NCBI GenBank assembly: GCA_013360915.1
Contig: JABWAT010000002.1
Coordinates: 258,098 to 322,097 of the forward strand
DNA: 64,000 bases
Reading direction: 5' to 3'
Source of the DNA: Bacteroidota bacterium
GTDB lineage: Bacteria; Bacteroidota; JABWAT01
In this document: piece after piece, positions 9,338 through 18,880 of the stretch
How positions within the stretch are numbered: position 1 is the first letter of the stretch
Layout: every line of letters starts with the position of its first letter
The notes under the pieces: generated by a model
What the model saw: the letters and a program-made list of their open reading frames with translations, nothing else
What the model was told of the DNA's origin: nothing
Database searches by the model: none
Made by a program: the position numbers and the translations under genes

Positions 9338-11179
9338 ATGGATGTTTCGGTCATCATTGTCAGCTACAATGTCCGGTCCTACCTGATCAATTGCATCCGG
9401 TCGGTCCAGGAAGCATCGCCCGGCTGGAAGGTGGAGATTATCGTGGTTGATAATGCCTCGGATGATCAGAGTACCGAGGCTGTATCAGCTGCCTTTCCTG
9501 ATGTGAAACTGATACGGAATCCGGTCAATGTCGGATTTGGGGCCGCCTGCAACCAGGGCGTTCAGGTGTCGGCCGGCCGGTATATACTTTTCCTGAATCC
9601 GGATAGTCTGGTGGACCGTCCGGTATTTTCCACCCTGATTCCCTACATGGATGCCAATCCGTCGGTTGGTCTGACGGGCTGCAAAATTCTCAACGAGGAT
9701 GGAACCCTTCAGCCTGCCTGCCGCCGGTCCTTCCCAACCTTATGGGTTTCCTTCACCCGGCTGTCGGGGCTAAGCCGTCTGTTCCCGCACTCCAAGCGGT
9801 TTGCCCGGTACAACCTGACCTATCTGGATGAAAACGAAATGGCTGATATTGACGCAGTATCGGGTGCTTTCATGTTCGTCCGGCGCGAGGCCTTTGACCA
9901 GACAGGCGGTTTTGACGAAGATTATTTCATGTATGGCGAAGACCTGGACTTGTGCTATCAGGTCAGAAAGGCCGGTTTCCGGGTGGTGTATCATCCGGCT
10001 ACCACGGTGATTCATTTCAAAGGCCGCAGCAAATCGGTTCATGTCGATACCCGGTACCATTTCTATGAATCCATGAAAATTTTTGCCCGGAAACATGGCA
10101 GCGGGAATCCGGTCTTTATCGGACTGCTGAATCTGGCCATTACCTTCCGGTATCTGCTTGCAGCCTTCCGTGAACGATCGGCCGGCTTACTGACCGGGCT
10201 GACCGATGTAATCAGTCTGCTGATTCTGTTCGAAAGTCTCAGCGCCATCAGGAATGGCCGGTTGTTCGGATATCCGGATTATGCCTACCCGGTCATATTT
10301 ATTGTTCTGATTTTCGTTCAGGTGGCGGTTTACCTGTCGATGGGCGTCTATGAGTCGGCAACACCCCGCAGGCGGCGGGTGATACTGGCCTCGGTGGTGA
10401 CCTGGGTGATTGTGAGTCTGTCGGCCTATTTTTCAAAAGATTTTGCGTTTTCCCGACTGGTGCTGTTCGGATCCTTCCTGGCGGTAACAGCCACTCATGT
10501 CGGATACCGGGAACTGATCCGGTTAATGAGCCGGGTTCCACAGAGCCGCCGGGTCGTGGTGCTTTCCGGTCCGGATGGATTGGCGGGTTCTCCCTGGTTC
10601 GAACTGAGGGTGGTTTTTCAGCACCGGATGACACTGAAAGGCTATCTGTTCGGGAAACCGGTATCCAATAACAGCCAACAGGTGGAAGGATTGTGGTCCG
10701 ATTTACCCGAACAAATCCGCAAAAACCGGATTACCGATGTGGTTCTGGATACCGGGGTGATGGATTTTCAGGCACAGGTTCACTGGATTCAGTGGTGCAG
10801 GGAAGCGGGTGTTCATGTGGAACTGCTTTCCGTCACCGGTTTGAAAGAGACTCTGTTAAATGATATTTTGCGCCAGCCTGATCGGACCGGACTGGTGTAC
10901 CGGCTGGTTAAACGAATCACCGATTGGTGGGTGATTCGTGGGTTGGGCGTTGCAGGTGAAGGGAGAAAGGAACCCGGAAAATTCTGGATCGGTAATCCCG
11001 ATAAAGCCAGAAGACCGGCAGTCTTTACAGCCCATTACCTGTTAAATGATTGTTTTCCGCAGATTCAACGGGAAGAAGACCGCTATCTGCTGACGCTATT
11101 TTATAACCGGTTCCATTCGGTTGCCATGGACCGGCTGATTATGGAACGACTTGTGAAAAGGAGGGAAGACCGTGCCTAA
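9338..11179 (+). CDS. GT2 glycosyltransferase fused to a multi-TM plus CoA-binding-like C-terminal module
   Basis: N-terminal 300 aa is GT2 ([30 protein letters not shown]). Then about 4 TM helices and a C-terminal region resembling the WbaP central domain ([14 protein letters not shown]...ITDVVLD). Confidence 0.6.
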   Translation: MDVSVIIVSYNVRSYLINCIRSVQEASPGWKVEIIVVDNASDDQSTEAVSAAFPDVKLIRNPVNVGFGAACNQGVQVSAGRYILFLNPDSLVDRPVFSTLIPYMDANPSVGLTGCKILNEDGTLQPACRRSFPTLWVSFTRLSGLSRLFPHSKRFARYNLTYLDENEMADIDAVSGAFMFVRREAFDQTGGFDEDYFMYGEDLDLCYQVRKAGFRVVYHPATTVIHFKGRSKSVHVDTRYHFYESMKIFARKHGSGNPVFIGLLNLAITFRYLLAAFRERSAGLLTGLTDVISLLILFESLSAIRNGRLFGYPDYAYPVIFIVLIFVQVAVYLSMGVYESATPRRRRVILASVVTWVIVSLSAYFSKDFAFSRLVLFGSFLAVTATHVGYRELIRLMSRVPQSRRVVVLSGPDGLAGSPWFELRVVFQHRMTLKGYLFGKPVSNNSQQVEGLWSDLPEQIRKNRITDVVLDTGVMDFQAQVHWIQWCREAGVHVELLSVTGLKETLLNDILRQPDRTGLVYRLVKRITDWWVIRGLGVAGEGRKEPGKFWIGNPDKARRPAVFTAHYLLNDCFPQIQREEDRYLLTLFYNRFHSVAMDRLIMERLVKRREDRA

Positions 11180-12143
11180 AGTCATTCTGGATTTCGAAAA
11201 ACCTATTTATAATCTCCAGCAGAAAATTGAAGAAATGAGATCCTACCACGTGGAAGGGAACGTGGATCTTTCATCGGAAATTGATCGGCTCGAGAAAAAA
11301 GTCATCGAGCTGAAAAAAAATATTTATTCCAACCTGACCCGCTGGCAGCGGGTGCAGCTGGCCCGTCACCCCGAACGCCCCTACTCACTCGATTATATCT
11401 ACCTGATGTTCAACGATTTTGTGGAGCTGCACGGGGATCGTCAGTTCGGTGATGATAAGGCCATTGTGGGCGGATTTGCCACTTTGAACAAACAGACGGT
11501 TATGGTAGTCGGGCAGCAGAAGGGACGGGACACCAAAACGAACCTGTTGCGGAACTTCGGAATGCCGAATCCGGAAGGATACCGGAAAGCGCTCCGGCTG
11601 TTCAAACTGGCAGAAAAATTTAATAAACCCGTCATTACCCTGATTGATACGCCCGGTGCTTACCCGGGTCTTGAAGCAGAGGAGCGGGGACAGGGTGAAG
11701 CCATCGCCCGTAACCTGTTTGAAATGGCCCGTTTGAAAGTACCCATTGTCTGTGTGGTGATTGGAGAGGGAGCCAGCGGAGGCGCATTGGGTATTGGTGT
11801 CGGCGACCGGCTGATTATGCTTGAAAATACCTGGTACTCAGTCATTTCTCCTGAAAGTTGCTCTTCTATTCTATGGCATAGCTGGGAATTTAAGGAACAG
11901 GCCGCTGAGGCACTTAAACTCACCCCGCCAGATCTGCTGAAACAAAATCTGATTGACCGAATTGTGGAAGAGCCTTTGGGAGGCGCCCATAACAATCCGG
12001 AAGAAGCAGCAAGAAATCTTAAAAAAGCGCTGCTGGAAGAACTGAAATCCCTTAAAAAGCTGTCTTCTGCCGAGCTGGTCAGTTCGCGGATTGATAAATA
12101 CTCCAATATGGGAGTGTACGGGTATCTCGACGCCACCACGTGA
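11172..12143 (+). CDS. accA: acetyl-CoA carboxylase carboxyltransferase subunit alpha
   Basis: [20 protein letters not shown] and GGFA....V.V.GQQKGR are classic AccA motifs. 323 aa. Confidence 0.9.
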   Translation: MPKVILDFEKPIYNLQQKIEEMRSYHVEGNVDLSSEIDRLEKKVIELKKNIYSNLTRWQRVQLARHPERPYSLDYIYLMFNDFVELHGDRQFGDDKAIVGGFATLNKQTVMVVGQQKGRDTKTNLLRNFGMPNPEGYRKALRLFKLAEKFNKPVITLIDTPGAYPGLEAEERGQGEAIARNLFEMARLKVPIVCVVIGEGASGGALGIGVGDRLIMLENTWYSVISPESCSSILWHSWEFKEQAAEALKLTPPDLLKQNLIDRIVEEPLGGAHNNPEEAARNLKKALLEELKSLKKLSSAELVSSRIDKYSNMGVYGYLDATT

Positions 12144-12550
12144 TGATCAGTCACGATCTGCAACTCAGGGTATTGTATGGACATACCGACCAGATGGGCG
12201 TTGTTTATTACGGCCGGTATTTCGAGTATTTCGAAGCAGGCCGGAATGAACTATTACGAGCCATTGGACTGCCTTACTACCGGATGGAAGATCAGGGATT
12301 GATGTTGCCGGTGGTGGAGTCGCACGCCGATTACCGCGGTTCCTTCCGTTACGATGATCTGTTTACGATCAGAACCATCATCCGGACGATGCCAACTGTT
12401 AAGATCAGGCTGGATTATGAACTGTTTTTGCCAGGCGGTCCGGTTCAGGTGACCGGATTTACCCAGCATGTTTTTGTTGACCGCGACACACGGAAACCAC
12501 GCCGGGTTCCCGACACTATACTGAAGGCCTTTTCACCTTATTTCACATGA
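12140..12550 (+). CDS. acyl-CoA thioesterase, 4HBT/YbgC family
   Basis: 136 aa with the hotdog-fold thioesterase pattern ([18 protein letters not shown]). ATGA overlap with accA. Confidence 0.75.
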   Translation: MMISHDLQLRVLYGHTDQMGVVYYGRYFEYFEAGRNELLRAIGLPYYRMEDQGLMLPVVESHADYRGSFRYDDLFTIRTIIRTMPTVKIRLDYELFLPGGPVQVTGFTQHVFVDRDTRKPRRVPDTILKAFSPYFT

Positions 12551-12726
12551 TTCACCCCGATTTACTGAACCTTCTGATCTGTCCTGCCTGCAAGTCGGAC
12601 AAACTGATCTATCAACCTGAACCACAACAACTGACCTGCCAGACCTGCAACCGGGTATATCCCGTGGTGGATGATATTCCAATCATGGTGGCAGACCGTC
12701 CGGATGGGGCCACCCATGCTGAATGA
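12547..12726 (+). CDS. Trm112/YcaR-like small zinc-ribbon protein (not in the ORF track; 59 aa)
   Basis: Translation [20 protein letters not shown]...CQTCNRVYPVVDDIPIM has paired CPxC/CxxC motifs typical of Trm112/UPF0434. Overlaps the ybgC stop and the nadC start. Confidence 0.6.
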   Translation: MIHPDLLNLLICPACKSDKLIYQPEPQQLTCQTCNRVYPVVDDIPIMVADRPDGATHAE

Positions 12727-13561
12727 ACATTCCGTCAGACAGCGGATCCGTCAGGCGCTGGAGGAGGACATCCGTGACGGCGATGTGACCACACTGGCCA
12801 TTATTCCAGCCGGACAGCAATCGACTGCTCTGATCAAAGCGAAAAGCGATGGAGTTCTTTGCGGCACACAGGTGGCCGACTGGGTTTTGCAGGAGTGTGG
12901 CAGCGAAACAGGGTTCACCTGGAACTTTAAAGAAGGTGACAGGCTGGTGACCGGACAGATTGCGGGTACATACAAAGGCCCGACCCGGGTGCTTCTCATG
13001 GCCGAACGGACACTGTTGAATTTCATTCAGCGGATGAGCGGAATTGCGACTCAGACCCGGCGGTTCACCGATCTGGTTTCACATACCTCCTGTAAAATTC
13101 TGGATACCCGGAAAACCGTTCCGGGACTCAGGGATCTTGATAAATACTCGGTAAAAACCGGTGGAGGAACCAATCACCGGATCGGTTTGTATGACATGGT
13201 TCTGATCAAAGATAACCACATTGCTGCGGCCGGATCTGTAACCGAAGCCATTAAACGGGTGCATGCCTGGCAGAAACAGACCGGTCGATTTCCTGACATT
13301 GAAGTGGAAGTGAAAAACCGCCGGGAACTGGCCGAAGTGCTTGCACTGGGCGGAGTTCAACGGATTTTACTGGATAATATGACACTGGCTCAGCTGGCTG
13401 AATGCGTTAAGGAAACCGCGGGCCGCATTCCACTTGAAGCTTCGGGAAACGTGAACCTTGAAACGGTGGCTGGCATTGCCGGTACCGGTGTGGATTTTGT
13501 ATCGGTTGGCTCACTGACCCATTCAGTGACCGCCATGGATCTCTCATTATTAATTGACTAA
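12716..13561 (+). CDS. nadC: nicotinate-nucleotide diphosphorylase (quinolinate phosphoribosyltransferase)
   Basis: ERTLLNFIQRMSGIAT, KILDTRKT.PGLR, VKTGGG.NHR.GLYD..LIKDNHI. Start chosen at MLNEH (12716) rather than the upstream in-frame Met. Confidence 0.85.
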   Translation: MLNEHSVRQRIRQALEEDIRDGDVTTLAIIPAGQQSTALIKAKSDGVLCGTQVADWVLQECGSETGFTWNFKEGDRLVTGQIAGTYKGPTRVLLMAERTLLNFIQRMSGIATQTRRFTDLVSHTSCKILDTRKTVPGLRDLDKYSVKTGGGTNHRIGLYDMVLIKDNHIAAAGSVTEAIKRVHAWQKQTGRFPDIEVEVKNRRELAEVLALGGVQRILLDNMTLAQLAECVKETAGRIPLEASGNVNLETVAGIAGTGVDFVSVGSLTHSVTAMDLSLLID

Positions 13562-13575
13562 CCAAGGAACCTTAC

Positions 13576-14058
13576 ATGAAAGTAACTAAAAACACCGTTG
13601 TCGTCCTCGATTATGAATTGAAAGTGGATGGCGAAGTGATCGACTCTTCACACGGAAATGAGCCATTGGCGTTCATTCATGGAACCGGATCGGTGATTCC
13701 GGGATTCTCAAATGCCATCGACGGGATGGAAGCCGGACAAAGCAAAACCTTTTCAGTGGCACCTGCCGATGGATATGGTGAATTTGATCAGGAAGCCGTT
13801 CGGGTGTATGATGTGAACGATTTCCCGACCGATATTAATCTGGAACCCGGGGTTCAGCTGTTTTTTGAAACAGATGATCATGTGGAAGTTCCCTGTTTCG
13901 TTAAGGAAATCACCGGCGAGGAAGTGACCGTTGATTTCAACCATCCGCTGGCAGGAAAAAACCTGAATTTCTCGGTGGATATCCGTGAAGTCCGTGCAGC
14001 CTCCTCTGAGGAATTGGCACACGGACATGTTCATGGGGCTCACGGTCACCATCACTGA
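13576..14058 (+). CDS. slyD: FKBP-type peptidyl-prolyl isomerase SlyD with a His-rich C-terminal tail
   Basis: VVLDYELKVDGEVIDSS...PLAFIHGTG.VIPG is the SlyD FKBP plus IF domain. Tail HGHVHGAHGHHH. Confidence 0.8.
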   Translation: MKVTKNTVVVLDYELKVDGEVIDSSHGNEPLAFIHGTGSVIPGFSNAIDGMEAGQSKTFSVAPADGYGEFDQEAVRVYDVNDFPTDINLEPGVQLFFETDDHVEVPCFVKEITGEEVTVDFNHPLAGKNLNFSVDIREVRAASSEELAHGHVHGAHGHHH

Positions 14059-14064
14059 GCCGTT

Positions 14065-14442
14065 ATGGAACCCGGAATCGGGATTGACCTGATCGAAATT
14101 TCCCGGATTGAGAAATCGGTTTCCGATTACGGAGACCGGTTTCTGAACCGGATATTCACCACGGCTGAGATCGGGTATTGCTCATCACGAGCCAATCCTT
14201 ATTCCCACTATGCGGCCCGTTTTGCTGCAAAGGAAGCATTTGCAAAAGCCGCCGGAACCGGAATCGGTCAGGAAATTGGCTGGCAGGATATTGAAATCGT
14301 CAGAGAATTTTCGGGCAGGCCGGGTATTCTGATCAGTGAACGGATCAGACAGCGATTCACCGGCTTTCAGGTTCTTCTCAGTGTGTCCCACACCCACGAC
14401 TATGCAGTCGCCATGGTTTCCATTCAACCCGACCGGGTGTGA
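14065..14442 (+). CDS. acpS: holo-ACP synthase (4'-phosphopantetheinyl transferase)
   Basis: GIGIDLIEISRI, FAAKEAFAKA.G and SVSHTHDYA.A are AcpS signatures. Confidence 0.85.
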   Translation: MEPGIGIDLIEISRIEKSVSDYGDRFLNRIFTTAEIGYCSSRANPYSHYAARFAAKEAFAKAAGTGIGQEIGWQDIEIVREFSGRPGILISERIRQRFTGFQVLLSVSHTHDYAVAMVSIQPDRV

Positions 14443-14813
14443 TCATGGCCATCCGGGCAAAAAAACTCTATTATTCCATTTCTGAAGTGTCGGTCCTGAC
14501 TGGTGTGGATGACCATGTGCTCAGGTTTTGGGAAACCGAGATCACCCGGCTGCGTCCTGCCAAAAACCGAGCTGGAAACCGGATTTACACGGAACAGGAC
14601 ATCCGCTTGGTGCATTTACTGAAGCGTTTGCTTTGGGAAAAAAACTACTCTCTGGCAGCGACCAACAAACTGTTACTCGAAAAACCACTCAGCGACTGGA
14701 TGACCGACCTTGAAACACCCGGTCCGGAAGACCTTCGTCACCAGGAACTGGAATCGATCCGGCAGGAACTGCTCGATCTTGAAAGACGAATTTCCGACTG
14801 GATGCATGAATAA
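14439..14813 (+). CDS. MerR-family transcriptional regulator
   Basis: N-terminal HTH (YSISEVSVLTGV..HVLRFWE) with a C-terminal coiled coil. ATGA overlap with acpS. Confidence 0.6.
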   Translation: MIMAIRAKKLYYSISEVSVLTGVDDHVLRFWETEITRLRPAKNRAGNRIYTEQDIRLVHLLKRLLWEKNYSLAATNKLLLEKPLSDWMTDLETPGPEDLRHQELESIRQELLDLERRISDWMHE

Positions 14814-14841
14814 GGAACCCGGCGGGTTTCCCTTTTGTTTT
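14814..14841 (+). terminator. rho-independent terminator
   Basis: GGAACCCGGCGGGTTTCC hairpin immediately after the stop codon, followed by CTTTTGTTTT. Confidence 0.6.
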
Positions 14842-14892
14842 ACGACTTATTGTATGAAACCAAAAACCAAACCAGTCTAAACGAGGAAATCC

Positions 14893-15408
14893 ATGTCAAA
14901 GCGTACCGATGTTTATAAATTCAAGGGCAACCCGATGACCCTTCTGGGAACTCCGGTCAAATCGGGAGACAAAGCCCCCAATTTCCGTCTCCGCAAAGGA
15001 TTACTGCCAGAGTCCACCATTACTCTTGAAGAATTTAAAGGGAAAAACCTGATCATCAGTGTGGCCCCATCGCTCGATACAGCCATCTGTGCCACCCAAA
15101 CCCGCAAGTTTAATGAAAAGGCTGCCACCATTCCCGGCGCCACTATTCTGACGGTTACCATGGATCTGCCACCGGCCCAATCCCGCTTTTGCACCACTGA
15201 AGGTATTTCGAATCTGACCACTGCTTCTGATTATGCAGAAAAATCCTTTGGACTGAACTATGGATTTCTGGTAGAAGAAATGCAGGTTCTGGCCCGTGGC
15301 GTGGTGGTGGTTGATAAAGCAGGTGTGGTTCGTCATGTGGAAATCACCCCTGATATCACCGTTGAACCAAATTATGATGCTGTGATCGATCTGGTTAATA
15401 AACTCTGA
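14893..15408 (+). CDS. tpx: thiol peroxidase (atypical 2-Cys peroxiredoxin)
   Basis: KAPNF.L......TL.EFKGK..IISV.PSLDT..CA.Q.RKFN are Tpx signatures. 171 aa. Confidence 0.85.
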   Translation: MSKRTDVYKFKGNPMTLLGTPVKSGDKAPNFRLRKGLLPESTITLEEFKGKNLIISVAPSLDTAICATQTRKFNEKAATIPGATILTVTMDLPPAQSRFCTTEGISNLTTASDYAEKSFGLNYGFLVEEMQVLARGVVVVDKAGVVRHVEITPDITVEPNYDAVIDLVNKL

Positions 15409-15469
15409 TTGTTCCGGGGAGGCCCTAGTTGCTTTCCCCATCTGCCGGCTGATGCAATCGCTTATAAAA

Positions 15470-15500
15470 GGCTGTCCAACCACGGACAGCCTTTTTTTTT
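15470..15500 (+). terminator. rho-independent terminator
   Basis: GGCTGTCC-AACCAC-GGACAGCC perfect 8-bp stem followed by a T9 run. Confidence 0.8.
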
Positions 15501-15629
15501 GCCCTGCATTTCTTACAGGATTGTGGGTTCAGTCCGGGAGGGCTTTGCTTTGCATCATCTGGTTCACTCATCCGGGTTGAAGGAGGTTTAAAAACCCGTT
15601 ACCTTTAAAGTTTAACCAAACCCGACCAT

Positions 15630-18284
15630 ATGAAAAATCTGATTCTTGCTGTCCTCATTTTAATTCCGAATCTGGCTGTCTCTCAGCATCAGCCGCGCAC
15701 CTGCTTCACACCTTATATGGTGGATAAAGCGCTTAAAGCCGATCCGGTTCTGGCTGCCCGCCGGGAATCGATGAAAACCCTGCTGAAAAATGAACTTCAG
15801 CGATCTTCAATGAAACGAACTTCCGGGGTTCAGCGTGTTCAGATCCCAGTGGTGGTTCACATTGTTTTAAATCCGGATTCACCGGGTCAATCGGTCACCG
15901 ATGAACAGGTTTACAGTCAGATTCGTGTGCTGAATGAGGACTACAGGAAAAAACCTGGGACGAACGGGTACAGCGATCACCCTGCCAGCGCCGATACACA
16001 GCTTGAATTCAAACTGGCCACCATTGCCCCAAACGGTCAGCCAACCACTGGTATCAACCGGATCAATGTAACCGAAACCTCTTTCGATCCGGACTTCGAT
16101 GATGAGCAACTGAAATCCTATTCCTACTGGGATGCCACCAAATATCTGAATATCTGGGTTGCCAATCTGACGGGAGGAATTCTGGGTTATGCCTACTACC
16201 CCGGGTCTGCACCTGACGGTCAGGATGGTGTGGTTATCCTCTATACCGCATTTGGTACCACGGGAAGTGCGCGCAGTCCGTTTAACCTTGGGAGAACGGC
16301 CACTCACGAAGTCGGACATTATCTTGATCTGATTCACACCTGGGGTGATGACAATTCCTGTTTCGGCACTGATGAAGTAGAAGATACGCCCCCTTGCAGC
16401 GGCCAGTATTTTTCGGGGAATAACAATGCGGCCTGTTCCTTCCCAGCCCAGTGTTTCGGGACACCCCGTCAGACCGAGAACTACATGGATTATTCCGATG
16501 ACCGGTGTATGAATCTGTTTACTCAGGGGCAATCGGACCGGATGAACACAGCGTTGACCCTTTTCAGGGCAGGATTGCTGAAACTTCCGGGGGTCAGCCA
16601 ATCCATCGGAGTGGATTACATTGACTATCCCTCACTTTTTACAGGGGGAACCTATGCCTTTACCGTTACGGTAAGGAACAATGGCAGCGCTTCGGTAACC
16701 GGAGGAAAACTTCATTACCGGGTTCCTGATGAAGGCATTGCCGATTCACTTGCGCTTACAGGATCCTTATCATCTGGTGGATCGAAAAAGGTGGTTGTCA
16801 ATCTTCAGTTTCAAACGGGCGGCGTGAAGGCCGTGAAGATGTGGACCTCGGTCAGTACCGATCAGTTTGCGGGTGATGATACAGCAAGTGTTCTGGTTCC
16901 GGTGGAAAAAAACCGACCGGAGGTGGTTGCTGATTTTGATCTGTACAGTGATTATCAAACCCCGGATGTTATTCAGATCGGATGGAAAATGCCTCTGAAG
17001 ACCGTGAACGGAGTTTCCATCAGCAGCCCCATGTCTGCGATTCTTTTCAGAGACGGCGAAGCCTTCATCCGCCTGGATAATTTATCTGCCGGAGAGGCGC
17101 TTCAATACCGGGACAGTGGTCTGGTACAGTACAACTCCTATTCCTATTCGGTTGGTACCCTGGTTTCCGGAATACCCGATACCAGTACGCTGGTTACCGG
17201 AGACTTCAGGTCGGGTGGATCACCGATTCCTGATTCACCTGCCGATTTATCAGCACGTACCAACGGATCGATTGGTCATCTGACTTTCCGTTTACCGATG
17301 GCCCACGATGATGGTACGCCTCTGCACAATCCGCTTCATTATGTGATTTACCGGATTCCCGGCGGGTATCTGGACTCCTCACTGTTTTCAATTGATGATC
17401 TGAACGGGGTGGTGACGGTCTTTGATATTCCCATTGGAAAAGGGGCCCGGAATTACCGGTATTCGGTCCTGGCCACTGGTCTGGCTCCATTCTATGCCCG
17501 CAGTACCGAAAGCAATTCAGTTGTAATCAGAACCGGTGCCTTTTCAACGGTTCCATTCACCGATGCCGTTTCTTCGGGGAAATCGGTGTTTCTTGGCGAC
17601 TCACTCTGGCAGGTCACTACTGAAACGGCCAATCCGGCCAACGGGATTCTTCAATTTTCAGGTCATCCGGGTTCGTCCGATACCTGGCTGATCAGTCCGA
17701 TGATCCGACTGTCGGGAAAGAACACCGTCACTTACCGGACGCAGGTACTGGAAGGCAACGGCCTGGCAGGAACCCTTTCCTGGTCCACCAATTATGGTAA
17801 AACCTGGACTGTTCTGGACTCGGTTAAGAGTTCCGATTTACCCGCCTGGGAGCAGAATCAGGCATCCTGGATGACACGGGCTGTTCAGTTTACCACAGTC
17901 AGTGACACGGTGGTTATCCGTTTTGAAGGTGCAATGAATCATCCGGGGCTTTCCTGGCTGATTGACGACGTGAAAATCACCTCCGGAGGTGTTTCGGTTG
18001 ATGAACCTGTCGGTACCACTCAGGGATTTAAACTGGGTCAGAACTACCCGAATCCATTTAATCCGGAATCCAGAATTTCCCTGACGTTACCTGAAGGAAT
18101 GGTGGTGAGTACCCGTTTACTTGACGTACTGGGAAGGGAAGTGAACCGGGAGCCTGGTGTCTTTCTACCTGCCGGCGATCATGTACTGGTCATCAGAGCG
18201 GGACATCTTTCCAGCGGATTGTATTTGTATGAAGTAACAGCAGGAAACTTCCGGCAGACCCGGCTGATTCAGCTGGTCAGGTAA
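15630..18284 (+). CDS. secreted M43 (pappalysin/cytophagalysin-like) zinc metalloprotease with T9SS C-terminal sorting domain
   Basis: Signal peptide. HEVGHYLDLIHTWGD extended zinc-binding motif (HExxHxxxxxH). Cys-rich stretch. C-terminal ~80 aa (NYPNPFNPESRISLTL...LYLYEV) matches the Por/T9SS CTD. Confidence 0.7.
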   Translation: MKNLILAVLILIPNLAVSQHQPRTCFTPYMVDKALKADPVLAARRESMKTLLKNELQRSSMKRTSGVQRVQIPVVVHIVLNPDSPGQSVTDEQVYSQIRVLNEDYRKKPGTNGYSDHPASADTQLEFKLATIAPNGQPTTGINRINVTETSFDPDFDDEQLKSYSYWDATKYLNIWVANLTGGILGYAYYPGSAPDGQDGVVILYTAFGTTGSARSPFNLGRTATHEVGHYLDLIHTWGDDNSCFGTDEVEDTPPCSGQYFSGNNNAACSFPAQCFGTPRQTENYMDYSDDRCMNLFTQGQSDRMNTALTLFRAGLLKLPGVSQSIGVDYIDYPSLFTGGTYAFTVTVRNNGSASVTGGKLHYRVPDEGIADSLALTGSLSSGGSKKVVVNLQFQTGGVKAVKMWTSVSTDQFAGDDTASVLVPVEKNRPEVVADFDLYSDYQTPDVIQIGWKMPLKTVNGVSISSPMSAILFRDGEAFIRLDNLSAGEALQYRDSGLVQYNSYSYSVGTLVSGIPDTSTLVTGDFRSGGSPIPDSPADLSARTNGSIGHLTFRLPMAHDDGTPLHNPLHYVIYRIPGGYLDSSLFSIDDLNGVVTVFDIPIGKGARNYRYSVLATGLAPFYARSTESNSVVIRTGAFSTVPFTDAVSSGKSVFLGDSLWQVTTETANPANGILQFSGHPGSSDTWLISPMIRLSGKNTVTYRTQVLEGNGLAGTLSWSTNYGKTWTVLDSVKSSDLPAWEQNQASWMTRAVQFTTVSDTVVIRFEGAMNHPGLSWLIDDVKITSGGVSVDEPVGTTQGFKLGQNYPNPFNPESRISLTLPEGMVVSTRLLDVLGREVNREPGVFLPAGDHVLVIRAGHLSSGLYLYEVTAGNFRQTRLIQLVR

Positions 18285-18427
18285 CTCAGGACATCCGTCT
18301 GCGGCGACGGTCGAGAAGGCGGTTTTTACTGCCGCGGATGGAATGATCCGACCGTCGCTGGCGACGCCAGAGGAAGGCCAGTATCATCAGTGAAATTGTT
18401 GCCAGCAATCCGATCAGAAAAAACACA

Positions 18428-18880
18428 TCACACCTCTTTACTGTCGATGATCAGGGTAACGGGGCCATCATTTATCAATTCAACCTGCATCATCGCTCCA
18501 AAAATTCCGGTTGCAACCGGTTTACCTGTTAACTCCTCACACCGCTGAATCACCCTGTCAACCAATGGCCGGGCGATGGCAGGTCCGGCTGATCGGATGA
18601 ATGATGGCCGGTTGCCTTTTCTGGTATCACCATACAGGGTAAATTGTGATACAATCAGAACCTCACCTCCGCAGTCCAGTACACTGCGGTTCATCTTATC
18701 ATGGTCATCGGGAAAGACCCGCATGCTGATGAGTTTTGAAGCCATCCAATCTGCATCGGCCTCTGTGTCGGAATCGAGAATTCCAAGAAGAACCATCATA
18801 CCCCTGCCGATGGAGCCGACCACCTGGTCATTAACGGTGACAGACGCCCTGCTGACCCGCTGAACCACTGCTCTCACCAT
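18428..18880 (-). CDS. dtd: D-aminoacyl-tRNA deacylase
   Basis: MVRAVVQRV..ASV.V...VVG.IG.G..VLLG and SQFTLYGD..KG.RPSF. Confidence 0.85.
   Translation of the reverse strand: MVRAVVQRVSRASVTVNDQVVGSIGRGMMVLLGILDSDTEADADWMASKLISMRVFPDDHDKMNRSVLDCGGEVLIVSQFTLYGDTRKGNRPSFIRSAGPAIARPLVDRVIQRCEELTGKPVATGIFGAMMQVELINDGPVTLIIDSKEV

Noticed and set aside
15879-16601. 240-aa minus-strand ORF inside the M43 protease gene
   Set aside because: Antisense shadow ORF. The plus-strand frame has clear signal peptide, HExxH and T9SS CTD support.
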